A stretch of 64,000 nucleotides of DNA. It comes from Nitrospirota bacterium. Lineage in GTDB: Bacteria > Nitrospirota > UBA9217. Shown here piece after piece: positions 46,742-55,690 of this stretch. A program made the translations under genes and the position numbers. The notes under the pieces are model-generated. The model did not search any database. It was given only the letters and a program-made list of their open reading frames with translations, and had not been told where the DNA came from. The stretch is from contig CAWBNQ010000003.1 in assembly GCA_963790205.1 (NCBI GenBank), positions 576,001-640,000 on the forward strand. Reading direction: 5' to 3'. Within the stretch, counting starts at the first letter, position 1. The number at the start of each line of letters is the position of its first letter.

Positions 46742-46800
46742 GGAGAACGCGGCGCTGACGCGCCGACCTTGGCGCGTCGCTGTCGAGCGCCAGGTTAATC
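46742..46800 (-). repeat. attC site (59 bp)
   Basis: GATTAAC-CTGGC-GCTCGAC...GTCAGC-GCCGC-GTTCTCC. Confidence 0.88.
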
Positions 46801-47274
46801 ATTGTTCTTTTGTTCTGTGTTTAGTTCATCAAGTTCTTTTCGGCTGAGCGTAAACGACATAAATAAAAACAGAAAGCTGATAATGAAATAAGCGGTATAT
46901 TCTGCAAGCACGGAAAAGGAGTGCATCCATTTCCAAAATCCCATACCAATGGGGATTGAAATAGGTCCGAGCCATTTCGGGATAGGAATACTTTTCAGCT
47001 TTGATCTGAATTTCCAAATTACGAGCCATATTGGACAGACAGCTAACAAGTCGAAGAAAATGATTTTATTAAGGGTTATCAAGTCTAGCTCTTTTTCTGT
47101 CTTTGCCATGAATAAAAGGGCAATGAAAACGAGAGCAGATGCATATTGTGAACGTGACTTAAAAGGTCTTTTACTGAATTTGCGAAGGGCCAATACGAGT
47201 GTAACGGCAAATGCTATACACGCAATGGAAACGAGAAGAATATAAAGGTAGAATTTGTCCGTACTCATTTCCAT
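46795..47274 (-). CDS. hypothetical membrane protein (cassette)
   Basis: AT-rich multi-TM ORF bounded by complementary GTTAATC / GATTAAC core sites. Confidence 0.75.
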   Translation of the reverse strand: MEMSTDKFYLYILLVSIACIAFAVTLVLALRKFSKRPFKSRSQYASALVFIALLFMAKTEKELDLITLNKIIFFDLLAVCPIWLVIWKFRSKLKSIPIPKWLGPISIPIGMGFWKWMHSFSVLAEYTAYFIISFLFLFMSFTLSRKELDELNTEQKNND

Positions 47275-47305
47275 TTGTCACCAAACCATGATCAAATTAT
47301 TTCCC

Positions 47306-47365
47306 GATTAACACGCGCCTGACGCGCCGCCTTCGGGCGCGTCGCTGTCGAGGCGCTTGTTAGGC
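47306..47365 (-). repeat. attC site (60 bp)
   Basis: GCCTAAC-AAGCG-CCTCGAC...GTCAGG-CGCGT-GTTAATC. Confidence 0.9.
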
Positions 47366-47398
47366 TACCTTTCCTCTTGTCATGTTCGAACTAGATGT

Positions 47399-48529
47399 CT
47401 AGTGGGCTTTTTTGATAGCTACGTATTCTTCGAGCGTTTTGTAGTATTTCAGATCATGGCCACGGAATATGCTAGCATAACGTTTCTTCAGTTGGGAGCC
47501 CCGCTTGCAAGCAGCTGGATTCACCACGTCGATTTCAATCTTTGTAAATTTTGGCTGTGGTCGCATTTCTTCAACAAGATAATTAATTTGCCGAAAGAGC
47601 CATTCAGCGTAGCAGTCAGTGGAGGGAAAAGAATAACCTATAAAGACAAGTCTCCTGCTTTGCTGAAGTTTTCGCCTAGCGATTTTCCACTGGCGGTTGT
47701 AAAGACTGTTCTGATGAATTTCAATTTTTTCTGACACAGGAGGGATGATGTTTATCTCCATTACGGAATTGCAAGACTTACACTTAGGATAATCAGCAAG
47801 TGTTATTTCCGCGATGTTTCCTTTTTTACTTCTTATAAATGTGTTTGTCTTCTTTGATTTGCATTTATCGTTTCTGCATGTTGCCCAGTTTAATGACCCA
47901 TGAAGCTTCAAATAAACAGGGGCAGAATAGTAGGTTGTTATCCGGTTGTGACCTGTTATTAGTGCGACATAATTCTTAAAATGTGCTTTGTCATGTTTTT
48001 CAAGTGTAACATCTGCTATTGTGTCCCAATTGAACGAAACCACAGTGTCGAGATCAGACAAATCTCCGAACAGCCTTTCTAAATATCCACAGTATTGTCC
48101 GTAAGACCGCATGGTAAGCATCAATGTGATGAATCGCACAAGACTTCTTTTCGCTTCAAGGAAGACTTTTTGGTACGCACTGCCTTTAGGGTACATCTTT
48201 GTCCCAATGTCGAAATGAGTAAAAACACTTTCAATGTTCAAACCTTTCCAAGTGCTACCATCATAAAAAGAGCGCGTGTCGTCTAGTTTGTATGTTTGGT
48301 GCAAAAGAAGATTGAGCCCTTCATGTGTAGCTCCAAGCAAATTTAAGAAATTGGTACCCGTTGCGCCGTATTCTTTGTCGGAAACCAATATGTCATAAAA
48401 GAAATTATCACCAGAAGGCATTCGCCGATCTCGAAGCCAGTCGTCCGATTCCGGCAGCCGTTTAGCTCCAATTGATGCACCGGCACCGAGTATATACATC
48501 GTTCCGCGATCGTCATTATCTATAGCCAT
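47399..48529 (-). CDS. SIR2-like (sirtuin-fold) protein with zinc-ribbon insert (cassette)
   Basis: ILGAGAS, SFNWD, KLHGS, C..C pairs, IIPP and FIGYSF motifs. Confidence 0.8.
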   Translation of the reverse strand: MAIDNDDRGTMYILGAGASIGAKRLPESDDWLRDRRMPSGDNFFYDILVSDKEYGATGTNFLNLLGATHEGLNLLLHQTYKLDDTRSFYDGSTWKGLNIESVFTHFDIGTKMYPKGSAYQKVFLEAKRSLVRFITLMLTMRSYGQYCGYLERLFGDLSDLDTVVSFNWDTIADVTLEKHDKAHFKNYVALITGHNRITTYYSAPVYLKLHGSLNWATCRNDKCKSKKTNTFIRSKKGNIAEITLADYPKCKSCNSVMEINIIPPVSEKIEIHQNSLYNRQWKIARRKLQQSRRLVFIGYSFPSTDCYAEWLFRQINYLVEEMRPQPKFTKIEIDVVNPAACKRGSQLKKRYASIFRGHDLKYYKTLEEYVAIKKAH

Positions 48530-48547
48530 CAATTCTCACGTATTTCC

Positions 48548-48578
48548 TTTCGCGACCCTCTCGACGCGACTGTTAGTC
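48548..48578 (-). repeat. truncated (left-half) attC
   Basis: GACTAAC-AGTCG-CGTCGAG-AGGGTCGCG at ORF stop; no matching L'/R' arm. Confidence 0.55.
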
Positions 48579-49286
48579 GGCAGAGTCGATCTTTATAGCT
48601 TCTTCAACTCGTCGGCACAACAAACTGGAAAGAACGAGGTATTGGGCTGCAACGTTCTGAGTTGGATTAATAGTAAGAGTATGTGCTTTCGGATTTCTTA
48701 CTCCCTGATATACGCCTTGAAGAATCTGGATAAACCCCTTCTGATCGTTACAACCGGACTCTGTTTCCAAAGATGAAAGGACAAGAACTGGTCTTTGCAA
48801 GGAAAATGTTGCGGCAACAAGTTCGGGACCATCCTTGTCAATTCCTGTGCGTTCTCGAATAAAATCAAAAACTGTAACAATGGAATTTAAAACAGCATCC
48901 CTAAAACGACCAGCTCTGAAGTGGGCATATGAAGCCGCAGTTACTCTCGGATGTAGAAGGTCTAGGATTGAATAGCTAAGGTCAGAGTAGGGTTGTGATG
49001 AAAAATAGTCATCTATTGCATCCTCTAGTTGTGTTATTAGCTCTAGGATGCTCCAATGCGAACCCCTTTCGTCAGCAGCGATATGATGTAAAATATCCTT
49101 AATTTTAGAACTATCAAGTCCTTTTGGCCAAATACGCTCAAGATCTCCAAGTGACCGCACCAATAGGCTTGTAAGTGAGCCGGTCGCATAGCCTTCGCCC
49201 TCATTGAACTTCGCATCCATAATTTCTCGTGTGGTTGCTTGGATGGCCCGAAGTGATCTGTTTATTGCTATGTATTTTTCTATCAT
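48573..49286 (-). CDS. TIGR02391 (Ymh-like) domain protein with helical N-terminal domain
   Basis: LHPRV...DAV...IRERTG..KDG.ELV..TFS...QKG...GVRNPKAH. Confidence 0.8.
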   Translation of the reverse strand: MIEKYIAINRSLRAIQATTREIMDAKFNEGEGYATGSLTSLLVRSLGDLERIWPKGLDSSKIKDILHHIAADERGSHWSILELITQLEDAIDDYFSSQPYSDLSYSILDLLHPRVTAASYAHFRAGRFRDAVLNSIVTVFDFIRERTGIDKDGPELVAATFSLQRPVLVLSSLETESGCNDQKGFIQILQGVYQGVRNPKAHTLTINPTQNVAAQYLVLSSLLCRRVEEAIKIDSAD

Positions 49287-49360
49287 ATATTTCCCTTGGC
49301 GACAGGCTGTCACATAAAATGTACTTAATGTATATATGCCTCTACATATGATGTGATTTA

Positions 49361-50197
49361 TTAGCGCGCATCTTGGCTTGGTTCCGGGTTATCGATTTGT
49401 TCAACTGTGACGGTTGCAGCTATAGCGTTCCATGCATCAAGCATCCAATGTGGTAATTGGTCATGTCGTTTTACCGATACTCGCGCATTTGCGTATGGCA
49501 TGTGAGGTAAGAGGACGGTTCTAACAATGAGAGTGTCTGGATTGACTTGAATTGGGGCGATGAGATCAGGTGACTGGGTGATGTTTTCTCGACTCTGCAT
49601 ATAGAGTGGCACAAGGTAGTTCATTCGCCCGTAATACCAGTACGGAAGTTGCAAGCCTCGATTAATTGACCACTGAATAGCCCCAGATACAGCGCACATC
49701 TGCGAAACCGGGGGCGTTTGTCCTAAAAAAGGTACGCGATCTGAATTGTCTCTGAGTATGTGGTCATGAAGCATGACGATCTCAGCTCCGCATGGCAACG
49801 CTGGCGCTGCTGGTAAATCAGGCGGCGTTGGTAGTGCACCGGCAGAGATATCGGAGCCGACGTGAACGCAGTAAAGAGGCCCACGCCCTGCATTGGTGTT
49901 CCTCTCAAATACCATGTAAATTGGCGTCCCGTATCGCGTCTGTAAGTGTCCGGCGGTGACGAATAATTGGTTACTACTGGTGGTGTATCGATCTTGCTCG
50001 ATGCTCCAAGCGATATGGACAGCAAGATATTTCTCAAGAACGTAGTTGTCGTTTCCCCAATTTTCAGAGAGGGCTGTACTGCTAAGCGATGAAAAGATGC
50101 GTTGCGGGATTTGGGCAAGGCGTCGCAATCGAACTACCACTTCGTTTGTGAATGGATCTCCTAATGCGGCCGATAGTTCTTCTTTCGTGAATGACAT
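49361..50197 (-). CDS. DUF3825-like protein (first cassette)
   Basis: A..ENW...VLEKYL, HILRDN..RVP, PYWY...YLVPL and RTVL..MPYANAR pattern; GGAGG RBS. Confidence 0.65.
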   Translation of the reverse strand: MSFTKEELSAALGDPFTNEVVVRLRRLAQIPQRIFSSLSSTALSENWGNDNYVLEKYLAVHIAWSIEQDRYTTSSNQLFVTAGHLQTRYGTPIYMVFERNTNAGRGPLYCVHVGSDISAGALPTPPDLPAAPALPCGAEIVMLHDHILRDNSDRVPFLGQTPPVSQMCAVSGAIQWSINRGLQLPYWYYGRMNYLVPLYMQSRENITQSPDLIAPIQVNPDTLIVRTVLLPHMPYANARVSVKRHDQLPHWMLDAWNAIAATVTVEQIDNPEPSQDAR

Positions 50198-50210
50198 CAA
50201 GCCTCCTTGG

Positions 50211-50240
50211 AACTAACATGTTATTGACTATAAGGACCAG
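50211..50240 (-). other. attI recombination site (crossover G/TTAGTT at 50217)
   Basis: TATAGTCAATAACAT-GTTAGTT; core nearly complementary to the first cassette's R'' GACTAAC; no attC hairpin upstream. Confidence 0.7.
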
Positions 50241-50250
50241 GTTTATGATA

Positions 50251-50613
50251 TCAATAACCTTCTGACTCCCCGTTTATGATAAGCCGTTCCAATTCAGTTC
50301 CCTTGATTTTGCCGTATTGAATATGCCAGGCGCGTGTTTTTGGATCCCATTTCCCTTGCGCCGCTTTGGCCTTCTCCCGCAAAACTGTATCATTATATGC
50401 AATGCGCACAGGCACTCGAGTGTTGTCCTCGAATCGGCGTACAGCAGGCGCCCAGGTTTTCTTCTCAATGATCAGTTCTGCGGTCTTCAGCCGGGTGCGG
50501 CTCACCTTGTCGTAACGGTAGCGTACGCAGAGGAGCGCCGCGCCGTATTTGGCAACCAGGCTTTTTGTCCCTTTTTGCCCCGGTTTCAGCTTGATGGTCG
50601 TAATGATTGGCAT
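50251..50613 (-). CDS. basic hypothetical protein within the integron platform
   Basis: GAGGGGG RBS; LKPGQKGTK, CVRYRYD and GKWDPKTRAW motifs. Confidence 0.75.
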   Translation of the reverse strand: MPIITTIKLKPGQKGTKSLVAKYGAALLCVRYRYDKVSRTRLKTAELIIEKKTWAPAVRRFEDNTRVPVRIAYNDTVLREKAKAAQGKWDPKTRAWHIQYGKIKGTELERLIINGESEGY

Positions 50614-50643
50614 CGCATCCCCCTCAAGGGTATAACATGGAAA

Positions 50644-50672
50644 AGCCTACTATAAATATCCACTAATTGCAA
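50644..50672 (-). promoter_or_regulatory. candidate Pc-like promoter towards platform gene and cassettes
   Basis: TTGCAA-17 nt-TAGGCT. Confidence 0.4.
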
Positions 50673-50748
50673 GAATTTCAATGGGGTATCGCGGGGTATT
50701 GAGGCCGGGGTATTGCTAATTCGATATATTCCCGGTATGCCATCCTGT

Positions 50749-52162
50749 ATGGAACCCATCCCCCCGGATACCCTTGCTCGCTTTAACAACTTCATGAAAC
50801 GGCATAATGTCGCCCCTCTTTGCCGGTCCGATTACCGGAAGTGGCTCCGCTATTTTCTCGACTTTCGCGCCAAATATTCTCTGCCCGACCCTCATACCGA
50901 TCAAGTGAAGCTGTTTGCGGAAAAGTTGCGGTCGAAGAATCAAACCACGGCGCAGGTAAAACAGGCGACTGATGCGATCTCGCTTTATTTCTCTCTCCAG
51001 CCTGAAATTGAAATTGTCTCTACGACGGGGCTCATGCGGCGTCAGGACCGGACGGAGGAACAACGTCTGTCGGAACGGCGCTCTTCCCCGGAGCAGTCTC
51101 CTGAGTTGGTCCGTGAGCCTCCCGGACTTTTGCAGGCCCAGCCTCCCGTCAGATCAGGCAGGCGGTATGACGAATGGCGTTGCCTCAGAAAAACCGCGTC
51201 ACCTGCGTGGGACGGGGTGATCGGAAAGCTGGCCGAGGAAATAAAGGTCCGGCACTATTCCCGCAAAACACTCAAACACTATGCTGATTGGATCAGAAAA
51301 TTTCAGAATTACCTGAAAGACAAAACACCCGGGGATCTGTCCTCGCAGGATGTCAAAGAGTATCTCACTCATCTGGCCGTCTAAGGAAGACGTCTCTTCA
51401 AGCCACCAGAATCTCGCATTCAATTCTCTGCTGTTTCTGTACAGGCACATCCTGAAGAAGGACTTTGGAGATCATAAAGATGTCCCGCGCGCGAAGACCT
51501 CGAACTATATCCCTGCGGTTCTTTCCCGCAAGGAGATCGATTCGGTTCTGGTTCATCTCAGACATCCCTTCAGGCTTGTGGCCCAGCTCCAGTATGGCTG
51601 CGGGCTGCGCATTTCCGAGGGCTGCCAGCTGCGCGTCAAGGATTTTGACTTCGATACGGGTCTCCTTAGGGTGCGGGGAAAGGGCGACAAAGTACGGACC
51701 GTGCCGCTGCCGAAAACGCTCCTCACGGAACTTCATGCCCAGTTGGAGCACGTGAAAAAACTGCATGAGGAGGATCTCACAGCGGGTTTCTCCGGGGTCT
51801 TTCTCGACGATCAACTTGAAAAGAAGTATCCGCGGGCCGCGAAGGAGTTTGTCTGGCAATGGTTTTTCCCGCAGGAGTCGCTGACTTTCATCGCTCAAAC
51901 GAAAGAATCGCGGTGCTATCATGTGCATGATTCGCGGATGCAGGAAGCTTTCGGCGAAGCGGTGCGCAAGGCGAAACTCACAAAGCGCGTCACCTCCCAC
52001 ACCTTCCGCCATTCCTATGCAACCGCAATGCTGCAGGCCGGTTACGATCTCCGCACGATTCAGACGCTCCTTGGCCACGCGGACGTCAGGACCACGATGA
52101 TCTATCTGCACTGCCTCCCGCCAAAACCCGGGAAAGAGGTAAAAAGCCCGTTGGATTTCTGA
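50749..52162 (+). CDS. intI: integron integrase with extra N-terminal domain; +1 frameshift at about 51382
   Basis: HYSRKT..Y..W, YGCGLR, GKGDK, IntI-specific insert LEKKYPRAAKEFVWQWFFP, HTFRH, LGH, TTMIY; removing T51382 gives HLAVKEDVSSSHQNLAF. Confidence 0.88.
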
Positions 52163-52228
52163 GGCCAGGATCGACTGTTAAGTTTTTCTTTGCCTTCTTG
52201 CCCTTCTCGCGGTAAAATCCTTCTGCAT

Positions 52229-52961
52229 ATGGACATCATCATCGCTCACAATTTGAAAAAGGACTACAACGGCCTTCGGGCCGTGGACAACATCGATTTT
52301 GCGATCAGGCAGGGCGAGTGCTTCGGTTTCCTCGGCCCCAACGGCGCGGGAAAGACCACGGTCATGCGCATCATCTCCTGCTTCATGCCGCCCACGGCAG
52401 GGACGGTGACGGTCTTCGGGATGGATGTCGTGGACCGGCCGAGCGCGATCAAGTCCCGCATCGGCGTCATGCCGCAGGACATCAATCTCGACCCCGATCT
52501 TTCCGTGACCGAGAACCTCAGGGTCTATGCCCGGTACTTCGACATCCGGAAAAAGGACGCGCTCAGGCTCAGCCGGGCGCTCCTCGAGTTCGTCGAACTC
52601 ACCGACAAGGGGGCCGCCGAGATCGACCAGCTTTCGGGCGGGATGAAGCACCGCCTCCTGCTCGCGCGCGCGCTCGTGAACAACCCGGAGATCCTGGTCC
52701 TCGACGAGCCCACGACCGGGCTGGACCCGCACAGCAGGCGGGCGGTCTGGGAAAAGCTCAACCACTTGAAATCAAAAAATACCACGCTTCTCCTCACGAC
52801 GCACTACATGGAAGAGGCGGAGAAGCTGTGCGACCGGGTGGCGATCATGGATTCGGGCAGGATCGTGACCGTTGATTCTCCCCGGCATCTTACGGAGGAA
52901 CACGGCGGGAACCTTGAGGACGTCTACCTTCAAGCTCACGGGGAGGAGCCTTGCAGATTAA
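52229..52961 (+). CDS. ABC-2 transporter ATP-binding protein (NodI-like); apparent +1 insertion at about 52930
   Basis: GPNGAGKT, LSGG and LDEPT motifs; corrected end reads LEDVYLKLTGRSLAD. Confidence 0.88.
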
Positions 52962-53707
52962 GCGCGCGATGAGGGTCTGGCAGCGTCACTGGACGGTGTA
53001 CACCAAGCTCTACAAGACGAGCTTTGCGCTCAACTTCGCCGAACCGGCGCTGTACCTCGTGGCCATGGGTCTGGGGCTCGGCGCCTTCGTGAAGGACATC
53101 CACGGCGTGCCGTATATCAAGTACATCGCGCCCGGCATCATCGCCTCCTCGTCGGTCTTCGCCGCGGTGTACGAGTGCACCTACGGCACGTACATCCGGA
53201 TGACCTTCCAGAAGACCTTCGACGCCATCCTCGCGACGCCGGTGAACCTCGACGATCTTGTGGCGGGCGAGCTCATCTGGGGCGCGACCAAGAGCGTGAT
53301 CTTCGGGATCACGATCATGATCGTCGTGGCCCTCTTCGGGCTCGTGGATTCGCCCTTGATCCTCCTCGCCATCCCTTTCATCTTCCTGGGCGGGCCTGAT
53401 CTTTGCCGAGCTTTCGCTTGTCTTCTGCGCGCTCGTGCCGGGCATCGACTTTTTCAGCTATTTCTACACGCTCTTCATGACGCCGCTGTTTTTGTTTTCG
53501 GGAATATTTTTCCCCCTCGACGCCATGCCTCCCATCGTTGCCCGCCTGGCGTTCTTTACGCCGCTCTATCACCTCGTGAACGTGTGCCGCGCTTTTTCAG
53601 CAGGGACCGTCTCCGGGGCGGGCGTGGACATCCTCTGGATCGTGCTGATTGTTCTCATCCTGGCGCCCTTTCCCTTCAGGCTCATGAGAAAGAGGATCAT
53701 CGTTTGA
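52951..53707 (+). CDS. ABC-2 permease (NodJ-like); apparent +1 insertion at about 53393
   Basis: YIAPGIIA and FDAILATP continue in the next frame with PLFLFSGIFFPL and TPLYHLV. Confidence 0.85.
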
Positions 53708-53799
53708 CGGGTCTTTGTTCCGTACTCCGGTGCGGCGCTGAAGCAGGAAATTCAGAATGCGCGATATCATATCAGGAAGGGTCTGGTATAATTGATACT

Positions 53800-54807
53800 A
53801 TGAATTTTTCCATAAAAATAACGGGCGAGGAAAATTGTGCCGGCTTGAAACAGAACTCGTTCAAAGACACTATTCAGGCTGCCGGGCACGGACAGCTTCA
53901 AGCGCGGAACATTTCGGTGCTGCAGGTCAACATGGGCTACCGATGCAATATGGCGTGCAGGCATTGTCATGTTGCCGCCGGTCCGGTCCGGACCGAGGTC
54001 ATGGAGCGGAGGACCGTTGACGCGGTGCTCTCCGCATTGCTCCGGAACCCCATCGGGACCCTGGACATCACCGGAGGGGCGCCGGAGCTGAATCCTTTTT
54101 TCCGCACCCTTGTAAGAGAGGCGCGAAAGGCGGGCAAGCGGGTCATCTGCCGCACGAACCTCACGATATTCTCGGAGCAGGGCATGAAAGATCTCCCGGA
54201 GTTTTACGGCGAACAGGGTGTGGAGCTTATCGCCTCGCTTCCCTGCTATCTCGAAGAGAACGTCGCCGCAGTGCGGGGGAACGACGCATTCCAAAAGAGC
54301 ATCGCCGCGCTCCGCACATTGAACGGCCTCGGGTTCGGCGATGGACCGGAAGGGAGGCCCTTGAGCCTTGTGTACAATCCCGGAGGCGCTTTTCTTCCTC
54401 CTTCTCAATGCGCGCTCGAAGCGGATTACAAGCGGGAGCTCAGGGACCGCTACGGCGTTTTCTTTACGCGGCTCTACGCATTTACGAACATGCCCATCGG
54501 CCGCTTCCGCGATTCCCTGGTCGCATCGGGAACATTCGACCGGTATCGCGACATGCTGGCTTCTGCTTTCAACCCGCAAACCCTCGACAACATCATGTGC
54601 CGTGGCCTCGTGAGCGTGGGATGGGACGGCAGACTTTTCGACTGCGACTTCAACCAGGTCCTCGGCCTGGGCGTGGCTGCCGACATTCCTCAACATATTC
54701 AGAATTTCGATTACGACGCCCTTGCCCACAGGCGCATAACCGTGGACGATCACTGCTTCGGCTGCACGGCAGGGCAGGGGTCCACGTGAGTGGGCGCCGT
54801 TGCCTAG
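53800..54807 (+). CDS. ArsS-like radical SAM / Cys-rich protein, probable selenoprotein (UGA at 54787)
   Basis: CNMACRHC, TGGAPE, DCDFNQ and HCFGCTAGQGST-UGA-VGAVA-UAG, with downstream hairpin. Confidence 0.85.
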
Positions 54808-54823
54808 CAGGCGGTCGCCTGCT
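54806..54823 (+). promoter_or_regulatory. candidate bacterial SECIS hairpin
   Basis: AGCAGGC-GGTC-GCCTGCT starting 16 nt after in-frame UGA. Confidence 0.6.
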
Positions 54824-54869
54824 GACAGAAGACCTCAATAAAAAACAGTGATCGGCCGAAGGGGAAAAC

Positions 54870-55487
54870 ATGACAACGACGAAGATCACGACGTTGTTCC
54901 TGGACATCGGAGGCGTTCTGCTCACGAACGGCTGGGGCAGGGCCTCACGAAAGTCCGCGGCCGAGAGTTTTAAGCTTGATTTTGCCGAAATGGACGAGCG
55001 GCACCACCTGACCTTCGATACCTACGAGTCGGGCAAGCTGGGCCTCGACGAGTACCTCGACCGCGTGGTCTTTCATGAAGCCCGGCCGTTCTCGCGCGAG
55101 GCGTTCAAAACGTTCATGTACGACCAGTCCCAACCCTATCCCGAGATGATCGCTCTGATCAAAAATATTAAGGCGCAACACGGATTGAAGATCGTTGCCG
55201 TGAACAACGAAGGCCGCGAGCTTACCACCCACCGCATTCGGAAATTTGCACTCGATACGTTCATCGATTTTTTCGTGTCATCCTGTTTTACCCACCTCCG
55301 CAAGCCCGACGCTGATATCTACCGCATGGCCCTCGACATTGCCCACGCGCCGGTGGGACGAACGCTCTCTATCGATGACCGCCTCCTGTTCGTGGAAGTG
55401 GCGCGGGGGCTCGGCATAGAGAGCATCCATCACAAGGCCTTCGAAACGACAAGGACGGCGCTGGAAACATACGGACTGTCCGTGTGA
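54870..55487 (+). CDS. HAD family phosphatase
   Basis: FLDIGGVL, RKPD and IDDR motifs. Confidence 0.88.
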   Translation: MTTTKITTLFLDIGGVLLTNGWGRASRKSAAESFKLDFAEMDERHHLTFDTYESGKLGLDEYLDRVVFHEARPFSREAFKTFMYDQSQPYPEMIALIKNIKAQHGLKIVAVNNEGRELTTHRIRKFALDTFIDFFVSSCFTHLRKPDADIYRMALDIAHAPVGRTLSIDDRLLFVEVARGLGIESIHHKAFETTRTALETYGLSV

Positions 55488-55690
55488 ACCGTTCTGTTCC
55501 CTCGGCCCGTCGCAGTGCTGTTTTGGAGGTCCAGAAATGAGGGAATGCGAGCAGGGCCACAATTCGAGGTTCGCCTTCCACTGGCTGGGACCCGACCTCT
55601 GGGAAGGGCAGGATTACGAGGTTGCGGTTGCCGATTGACCCGGTTGCAGGCTGACCAAAAAACCGGCATGTTCTTGGAAAGGAACCCCCC

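Larger units (their letters stand above)
43203..52162. mobile_element. chromosomal integron: intI (+) with divergent cassette array (-)
   Basis: integron integrase, attI-like GTTAGTT, several attC sites between co-oriented AT-richer ORFs. Confidence 0.9.

Noticed and set aside
45622..47365. CRISPR array from repeated GACGCGCC palindromes
   Set aside because: Repeats are separated by whole genes and have attC box architecture; no cas genes.
52951..54789. 612-aa ABC permease-radical SAM fusion in the ORF track
   Set aside because: Artefact of the +1 frameshift at about 53393; the permease continues in another frame to 53707 and the radical SAM gene starts separately.
53800..54807. arsenosugar biosynthesis cluster
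   Set aside because: ArsS-like family only; no arsM or glycosyltransferase adjacent in the window.
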